Assembly (NCBI GenBank): GCA_964016885.1 | Contig: OZ024741.1 | Location: 393,018,001-393,082,000 of the forward strand | DNA length: 64,000 bases | Reading direction: 5' to 3' | Origin: Eledone cirrhosa | Taxonomy: Eukaryota | Shown here: in pieces, positions 55,890 to 64,000 of the stretch | How positions within the stretch are numbered: the first letter of the stretch is position 1 | How the letters are laid out: each line of letters begins with the position of its first letter | Position numbers and translations under genes: made by a program | The notes under the pieces: model-generated | The model's database searches: none | What the model was told of the DNA's origin: nothing | What the model saw: only the letters and a program-made list of their open reading frames with translations

Positions 55890-58660
55890 TATCCTTACCA
55901 GAAGATGTGACAGAGTGTCTGTCGTAAACACTAAATCCCTCCCTCATGAAGATACACCTCCCAACATAGACTCATAGTCAGGACAAGACGTACTCGACAA
56001 CAGAGGAGGACTATCCTCAGGAGAAAAATATGGAAGCTAAAGGACCCCACAACCAGTAATAAATTTAAAAGCATATTACTTGATGCTTTTGACAGTAAGG
56101 AAGAGCAATTAGAGACGTACAATATAGAGGAACAGTGGGAATTCCTGAAAGCTAACCTGCTGAAGGCGGCAGATGACGTCTGTCGCTGGAGCAGGCCTAT
56201 AGGCAGGAGGAGAGTAACGTGGTGGTGGAAAAGTAAGGTGAGAGGGGTCAATTAAGGCCAAAAAGCAGGCTTGGAAAGTATGGCGGGATGGGGGAAGTAG
56301 AGAAGACTATCAAGTGCCCAGGAGGGAAACTAGGAGACAAGTGTACTTCGCAAGAAGGGAAGCAGAGGAAAGAAAGTTCAAGCATGTTGTACAACGCGAG
56401 GACCAAAAACGTGAGGTGTTTAGGATTGCTAGGCAATGTGTCAAGGAAAACCGTGATATTGTCGGGGAGAAGTGCGTCATAAATGATGATGGTGTACTTG
56501 CCATCACTGACGCTGATAAGAAGGTAGCTTGGAAGTGTCACTACGAAAGGCTACTAAATGAGCAGAATAAATGGGAGAAAGACAGTCTCCCCCACATCGA
56601 TCCAATAGAGGGACCAGCAGTGCTAGTTGAAGGTAGTATAATAAGTAAAGCAATCAAAGATATGAAGACGGGTAAGGCGGCTGGGCCTTCGGAAATAGTT
56701 GCTGAAATGCTGAAAGCATCTGGAACGGTGGGACACACTATCGTCACTCGGATAGTAAACCAAGTCATACAGAATGGGGTCGTTCCGAAGGACTGGCGTA
56801 GCAGCATCATCATTAACTGCTACAAGGGTAAATGAGATGCCCTAGATAGGGGTAACTATAGAGGCATTAAATTAATCGACCAGGTCATGAAGGTCACTGA
56901 AAAAGTAATAGCGCAACTAATCAGAGAGCGAATTGATCTAGATGAAATGCGTTCGGGTTTGTGTCAGGCAAAAGTACCACAGACGCTCTTTTCATTGTAC
57001 AACAACTACAGAAGTACCTAGCTAAAAGTAAACCCCTATACTTAGCTTTTGTTGACTTGGAGAAAGCCTTTGACAGAGTCCCCCGCTCGATTATCTGGTG
57101 GGCTCTTAGAAAACTAGGTGTTGACGAATGGCTTGTGAGAGCTCTACAAGCCATGTATAAAGAAACAGTCAGCAAGGTTAGAATTAACAACGAATATAGT
57201 GAAGAGTTTAGCGTAAAGGTTGGTGTTCATCAGGGCTCTGTCCTTAGCCCCCTCCTATTTATTATTGCCCTTCAGGCTATAACAGAGGAGTTCAAGACTG
57301 GCTGCCCATGGGAACTCCTATATGCAGATGATCTAACGCTCATAGCTGAATCAATGGCCGAACTAGAGAAGAAATTCCAAATATGGAAGCATGGCCTAGA
57401 ATCAAAAGGCCTTAAAATTAACCTGGCTAAGACTAAAGTTCTAGTTTGTAGGAAGGAAAATAGGGCACCAGTCCCATCTGGGAAATGGCCCTACTCAGTA
57501 TGTAGGAAAGGAGTAGGCAGAAACTCCATTTTATGTCCCAAATGCAAAGTATGGGTGCATAAAAGATGTAGTGGGATCACAGGTAAGCTAACTAAGAATA
57601 TAGATTTTATATGTGGCCGGTGCTCTGGTGCAATAAGTAGCAGCAATTGCCCACAGAATACTAGCTCATTCCATTGCACAGATGGTTCTATAGAAATAGT
57701 GGACACGTTCCGTTACCTGGGTGACAAAATCAGCAGTGGAGGAGGGTGCTCCGAAAGTACAGTAGCTAGAGTCAGAACGGGATGGAAAAAGTTCAGAGAG
57801 CTTATACCACTATTGGCCGCTAAAGGGTTCTCACTAAAAATGAAAGGCAGGCTGTATGATGCCTGCATTCGTATGCAGGCATCATAATGTTGCATGGCAG
57901 TGAGACCTAGGCATTGTGTGCAGAGGATATACGCAGACTGGAGAGGAACAAAGCTTGCATGCTCCACTGGATGTGTAATAGTAATATACGTGAACGGCAA
58001 AGCATAAACGAACTAAGGGAGAAATTAGGAATAAGAGGGATCAGATGGTGTTTACTCGAGAGAAGACTACGTTGGTACGGTCACGTGATGCGCATGAAAG
58101 ACGACAGCTGTATAAAAAAGTGCAGGGCGATAAAAATAGACGGTAGCCATGGAGTAGGCAGACCCAGAAAAACCTGGGACGACTAACTAAATTCCGACCT
58201 CACACACTTACGCCTCTCCAAGACAATGTCACTGGACCGAGATCTTTGATGATAAACAGTAATACAGAAGACCAGCCTTGCCTAAGTACAAAGCGAAACC
58301 TACAGTCAGTAGGCACCTCTAACAAAAATATACCCCGGCCCCGCCCCACTACCCCCACCCCTTCCAATGTAAAGTTATGCTGGTACCACAACATCCAGTC
58401 CGAAACAAATGGGGCGTGTAGGTGTCACGACAAAAAAACACACAGTCCACGCTGTAATGTGGCCGTGTAGGTAACACGGTAAAAACCTCCCAGTCCACAC
58501 TGTAAACGTGGTTGGTGTTCGGAAGGGCATCCAGCTGTAGAGAACCCGCCAGACAGTCCTATACAAGCAAGACAACCAATCTTGCCTCAAGTGGGAAATT
58601 TCCCGTCCAAACCCATGCTAGCATGGAAGATGGACGTTAAACGATGATGATGATGATGAT
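55890..58660 (+). mobile_element. RTE LINE (5'-truncated, PHD-insert family)
   Basis: KAAGPSEI, NYRGIKL, FVDLEKAFDRV, GVHQGSVLSPLLF, LLYADDL; 3' UTR and (GAT)n tail. Confidence 0.95.
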
Positions 58661-58676
58661 ATATATATGTATATGT

Positions 58677-60442
58677 CATCATCATCATCATCATCATCGT
58701 TTAACATCCATGTTCCACGCTTGCATGGGTTTGGACGGGAGTTTTCCCACTTGAGGCAAGAGTGGTTGTCTTGCTCGCATAGGACTGTCTGGCGGGTTTT
58801 CTACAGCTGGATGCCCTTCCTAACACCAACCACATTTACAGTGTGGGGCTGGGAGGTTTTTACCGTGTTGCCTACATGGCCACGTTACAGCGTGGACTGT
58901 GTGTTTTTTTGTCGTGACACCTACACGATCTCATTTGTTTCGGCCTGGATGTTGTGGTACCAACATAACTTTACATTGAAAGGGGCGGTGTGGATGGGGT
59001 GGGGGTGGTGGGACGGGGGTGTATTTTGTTAGAGATGCCTACTGACTGTAGTAGGTTTTACTTTGTATTTAGGTAAGGCGGGTCTTCTCTATTACTGAGT
59101 ACCGCCAAAGATCTCGGTCCAGTGACATTGTCTTGGAGAGGTGTAAGTGTGTGAGGTCGGAATTTATCAGGTCGTCCCAGGTTTTTCTGGGTCTGCCTAC
59201 TCCGTGGCTACCTTCTATCTTTATTGCCCTGCACTTTGTTATACAGCTGTCGTCTTTCATGCGCCTCACGTAACCGTACCAACGTAGCCTTCTCTCGAGT
59301 AAACAACATCTGATCCCTCTTATTTCTAATTTTTTCCTTAGTTCGTTTATGCTTTGCCGTTCACGTATATTACTATTACACATCCAGCGGAGCATGCAAG
59401 CTTCGTTCCTCTCTAGTCTGCGTATATCCTCTGCACACAATGCCCAAGTCTCACTGCCATGCAACATTGTTGTTCGTATGCAGGCATCATACAACCTGCC
59501 TTTCATTTTTAGGGAGAACCCTTTAGCAGCTAATAGTGGTATAAGCTCTCTGAACTTTTTCCATCCAGTTCTGACTCTAGCTACTGTACTTTCAGAGCAC
59601 CCTCCTCCACTGCTGATTTTGTCACCCAGGTAACGGAAGCTGTCCACTATTTCTATAGAACCCTCTGCGCAATTGAAAGAGCTAGTATTTTGTGGGCACT
59701 TGCTGCTACTTATCGCACCAGAGCACCGGCCACATGTAAAATCTATGTTCTTAGTTAGCTTACCTGTGATCCCACAACATCTTTTATGCACCCATACTTT
59801 GCATTTGGGACATAAAATGGAGTTTCTACCTACGCCTTTCCTACACACTGAGCATGGCCATTTCCCGGAAGGGACCGGCGCCTTATTTTCTTTCCTACAA
59901 ACTAGAATTTTAGTCTTAGCCAGGTTAATTTTAAGGCCTTTTGATTCTAGGCCGTGCTTCCATGTTTGGAATTTCTTCTCTAGCTCGGCCATTGATTCAG
60001 CTATGAGCGTTAGATCATCTGCGTATAGGAGTTCCCATGGGCAGCCGGTCTTGAACTCCACTGTTATAGCTTGAAGGGCAATAATAAATAGTAGGGGGCT
60101 AAGAACAGAGCCCTGATGAACACCAACTTTTACGCTAAATTCTTCACTATATTCGTTGTTAATTCTAACCTTGCTGACTGTTTCTTTATACATAGCTTGT
60201 ATAGCTATCACAAGCCATTCGTCAACACCTAGTTTTCTAAGAGCCCACCAGATAATGGAACGGGGTACTCTGTCAAAGGCTTTCTCCGAGTCGACAAAAG
60301 CTAAGTATAGGGGTTTACTTTTAGCTAGGTACTTCTCCTGTAGTTGTTGTACAATGAAAAGAGCGTCTGTGGTACTTTTGCCTGACACAAACCCGAACTG
60401 CATTTCATCTAGATCAATTCTCTCTCTGATTAGTTGCGCTAA
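58677..60442 (-). mobile_element. RTE LINE (5'-truncated, 444-aa frame open), tail-to-tail with the previous copy
   Basis: ORF 59069-60403 with complete RT core and C-terminus. Confidence 0.95.
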
Positions 60443-60444
60443 TG

Positions 60445-60479
<35 letters not shown>

Positions 60480-61245
60480 ATGTGTATATATGTGGGTATA
60501 GGTGTGTATGTGTAGATATAGATATGTGTGGATATGTGTGTATGTGATTATGTGCATATGTGTAAATGTGTATTTAGGTTTGCATCTATTTGTGCGTATG
60601 TATATTTTGGTTGGATATCAATATAACTGTACCTCTCTATATATAGTGTGGATATATGCACTTTGTAATCTATGAAATTTATGTGTTCTAACTATGCCAA
60701 CATGTATTTATCTGAGTTTGATTATTTATGCATAAACATACTTGATAGTATTTTAGAGCGTATCATATGCTGTATTATACTAAGTGCAATTTACCACACC
60801 ATACTATACTGTGTTTGTTAAGTTGTATATTATCGCATTACTGTATTTCATTATCTTATTATAATTTTCATCTTTTTATATACTATCTTTCCTAGCCATA
60901 ACCTTAATTTATATTCACCTAAAAACTCAATACAACACTAATCACCATTTATTTTGACATTCTTTTTAACTTCACTATACCAGATACATTCAACTATCAG
61001 TTTGACAATCCCTTTCCTCCTAATAGATTTTTATGCCAATTCTATTATTAACACCATTCAACCATTCGTTTCAAAGGGTCGTGACCTCAACTAAAGTGTA
61101 TTACTTTTTATCTTAACACCATATGGAAAAAACAATTTGATTCGTTAGTTCTTCAACAGCCTCCAAATAAGGACATGATACTAACATACTACTAATTCTG
61201 AATAAAATGATTATTGAATAAAATTATTATTGCTTTTGAAAACAG

Positions 61246-61259
61246 CTGGTGATATGCAT
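61246..61259 (+). CDS. Possible 14-nt micro-exon (would continue the 52061 exon in frame as ...V-A-G-D-M-H)
   Basis: tgcttttgaaaacAG|ctggtgatatgcat|GTAAGT; no stop if joined to the phase-1 exon ending at 52131. Confidence 0.2.
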
Positions 61260-61448
61260 GTAAGTAAATATGCTCTCTATCTGATAGTCTGTAACCTTAC
61301 ATAGATCAATAACGGAGTATAGCTACAATGTATTATCACCATCTAGAAACGATCGTAAAGCAGTGAAGTATATCTCTAATGACTTGATTTTTTATTTCAT
61401 TGTTTTAACTTATATATATTATATATATATATATACACACATATATAT

Positions 61449-61501
<53 letters not shown>

Positions 61502-61589
61502 TGTGGGAGAAGTAGGAATCAAAATAGTAACCTGCACGGTAAAAGTAATATAGGATGATGTCATTCACAATGACTGGCACAGTCAAATC

Positions 61590-62856
61590 AGATGAGATGC
61601 AATTAGATTAGATGAGATGCCTGGGAAAAGTACTACAGAAGCTCTCTTTTTAGTGAGGCAACTACTAGCCAAAAATAAGCCACTATACCTAGCTTTCGTT
61701 GATCTAGAAAAGGCATTTGACTATTATCTTATGGTCCCTAAGGAAATTAGGGTAGAAGAATGGCTAGTGAGAGCAGTGTAAGCTATGTACAGAGGAGCTG
61801 TTAGTAAAATGAGAGTAGAAAGTGAGTTTAGTGAGGAATTGGAGGTACAAGTTGGAGTTCATCAGGGTTCTGTTCTTAGCCCACTACTCTTCATTATAAT
61901 TCTCCAGGATATAACAGGAGTTTAAGACTGGCTGTTGATTGGAATTTCTCTATGCAGATGATGTGGTCCTTATAGCTGAATCCATTAAAGAATTAGAAAA
62001 TAAATTCCGACTATGGAAACAGAATTTGGAATCAAAAGGTCTGAGTAAACTTAGCCAAAACTAAAGTGCTAGTGAGTAGGAGAGAAGATAGGACCCTGAT
62101 TCTTTCAGGGAAGTGGCCCTGCTCAATATGTAGAAAGGGAATAGGCATAAACTCGATATTATGTACACAAGAGATGTAGTTGGATAACAGGTAGACTAAT
62201 AGGAAGAGAAGACTTTGCATATAGAAGATGCCCAGGGGTAACTGAAGGACTCATAGATGTGGTTGAAAGCTTCTACTATCTAAGCGATGTAATTAGCGAC
62301 AGAGGAGGATGCTCTGAGAGAATAATAGCTACATTAAGGATAGGATGAAAAAAGTTCAGGGAGCTACTCCACAAAAGGTTTCTCCCTACATACAATAGGA
62401 CACCTGTATGACGCCTGTGTGCAAAGTGCGATGCTGCATGGTAGTGAAACATGGGCTGTGTCTGTGGAGAACTGTAGGCTGGAGAGAAATGAAGCAACCA
62501 TCCTCTGTTGGATGTGCAAAGTAAGTGTGAGAGAAAGGCAGAGCTTGGATGGGTTGAGGTAGAAGCTGGGTTTAAGTAGAATCTAAGGTGGCATGCAGGA
62601 GAGAAGATGGCATTGGTATGGGCATGTGATACACATGGACAGTGATCATTAGGTGAAGAAGTGCCAAGAAATGCTAGGGGAAGGAAGCCACAATAGAGGT
62701 AGACAAAGAAAGAACTGGCCAGATGTTGAGAGAGCTGACCTCAAATTACTGAGACTCACAGAGATGATGAAGAAACACAATAAGTGGAGAGATACCTTGC
62801 CAAGAAGGATCCGCCCAAGCATGGAAAAATGGATATAAGAACGATGATAATGATGA

Positions 62857-62858
<2 letters not shown>
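61590..62858 (+). mobile_element. Degenerate RTE LINE of the same family
   Basis: FVDLEKAFD, GVHQGSVLSPLLF, FLYADDV, many stops. Confidence 0.85.
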
Positions 62859-62894
<36 letters not shown>

Positions 62895-62897
<3 letters not shown>

Positions 62898-63082
62898 TGT
62901 TTCTACTTTTGGCACAAGGCCAGCAATTATCTCAGTGTATTACTGGTACTTTATTTTATCGACCCCGTAAGGATGAAAGGCAAAGTTAACCTCGGCGGGA
63001 TTTGAACTCAGAATGGCAAGGGCCGTAACTCTATGCGTCAAAGCATGGCGTCCGATCCTCTACCGATACTGCCAATCCACCA
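62895..63082 (-). mobile_element. SINE family 1 in an (AAT)n tract
   Basis: Full-length reverse copy; another copy's 3' end starts at about 63988. Confidence 0.9.
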
Positions 63083-63099
63083 TAATAATAATAATAATA

Positions 63100-63960
63100 A
63101 TGCTTTCTTTATTAATCACAAGGGTTGACACAGGACAATACAGGACAATACAAATGGGCATTTCTGCGTGTAAAAAAAACAAAAACAGAGGATGTTACAA
63201 AAAAAGAAACAATGAAAAATTCCCCAATAGGGGGGAGATTTCCGGGGGACATTCGTGGAGAAAGCCCATTAAAAAAGCCACAGTGACCCTGACCACCAGA
63301 GCAAGTGCCCTCTCCCAGTTTTCTACCTTCAATTTACAGGTGCATACTCAGGGCCATGCTTGCCTCTCTCACCCATCTTTCAACAAAATGCTGGGAAGAG
63401 AGTACTTCCCTCTCTATCCTGATTTTTCTTTTCAAATGAAATTTGAAGAAGTTAATCAGGACATCACTGAAGAGGTAAATGCTCGTCTTCAGCCCTTTCA
63501 AAGGCGTCCACCACACTATCTCTTTCGCCATGGCCACCAGACAGATAAAAACTGCCTGCCCTTCCCGGCTAAAGGAAGAGGGTGGGGCAATCCTCACGAT
63601 GGACACAGCTGATAACCGGATCCGTTCTACACGTGACAGCAGGTGATCGACATAAACCCACAAGTCAGTAGAGTTTATCCCGAACTGGCAAAGCTCCTCG
63701 GTAGCACTGCCAGGCCAGGGATTTCTGGAAGTTGTCCATGGGTCCCGGCCCGAAAGTTCTCCTGAAGAGAATGGCTAGTTGATTTTCGTCGACGACCAGA
63801 GTCTCCCCAAGTACGTCGTCGCTCTTCCCTTCCACTAACCCTCTATAGAACGGCAAGGTGGAGTTTCCACCAATCACATTGCCTGACTGGTTGAGAGCTG
63901 TAAGCACCTGAAGACATTCCAGTCTCCAAGCGCTCCCGCTCGGTCTTCGCTTGACCCAGG
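63100..63960 (-). mobile_element. Tx1/L1-like LINE ORF2 C-terminus and 3' UTR
   Basis: FQKSLAWQCYRGALPVRDKLY...AMAKEIVWW...FFKFHLKRKIRIER...FVERW. Confidence 0.7.
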
Positions 63961-64000
63961 ACTAATAATAATAATAATAATAATAATAATTGTTTCTACT

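Noticed and set aside
63013-63612. 199-aa plus-strand ORF
   Set aside because: Antisense to a SINE and a Tx1-like LINE.

Overview
AT-rich, repeat-dense eukaryotic DNA. The SINE, RTE and Penelope families and the microsatellite landscape look like an octopod cephalopod (inference from recalled repeat sequences, not from a search). Most of the window is transposon relics and microsatellites: many Penelope-like (RT + GIY-YIG) fragments with pseudo-LTRs carrying minimal hammerhead ribozymes, RTE, CR1, CRE, R4/Dong and Tx1-like LINE fragments, a Gypsy integrase fragment and LTR, Merlin, mariner and piggyBac-type DNA elements, and a tRNA-derived SINE. Nearly all long ORFs in the supplied track are microsatellite or antisense artefacts. 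The main host signal is a pair of short, co-oriented minus-strand ORFs about 30 kb apart (9443-9730 and 39324-39557). They are clear paralogues, each with one transmembrane segment and an InaF-motif-like sequence (the family of TRP-channel regulators). Each is followed by a splice-donor-like site, which recalls the Drosophila inaF locus. There is also weaker evidence (splice sites, CpG depletion) for a plus-strand gene starting in the last quarter. Element boundaries are approximate, and all family calls are by motif recognition, not database search.
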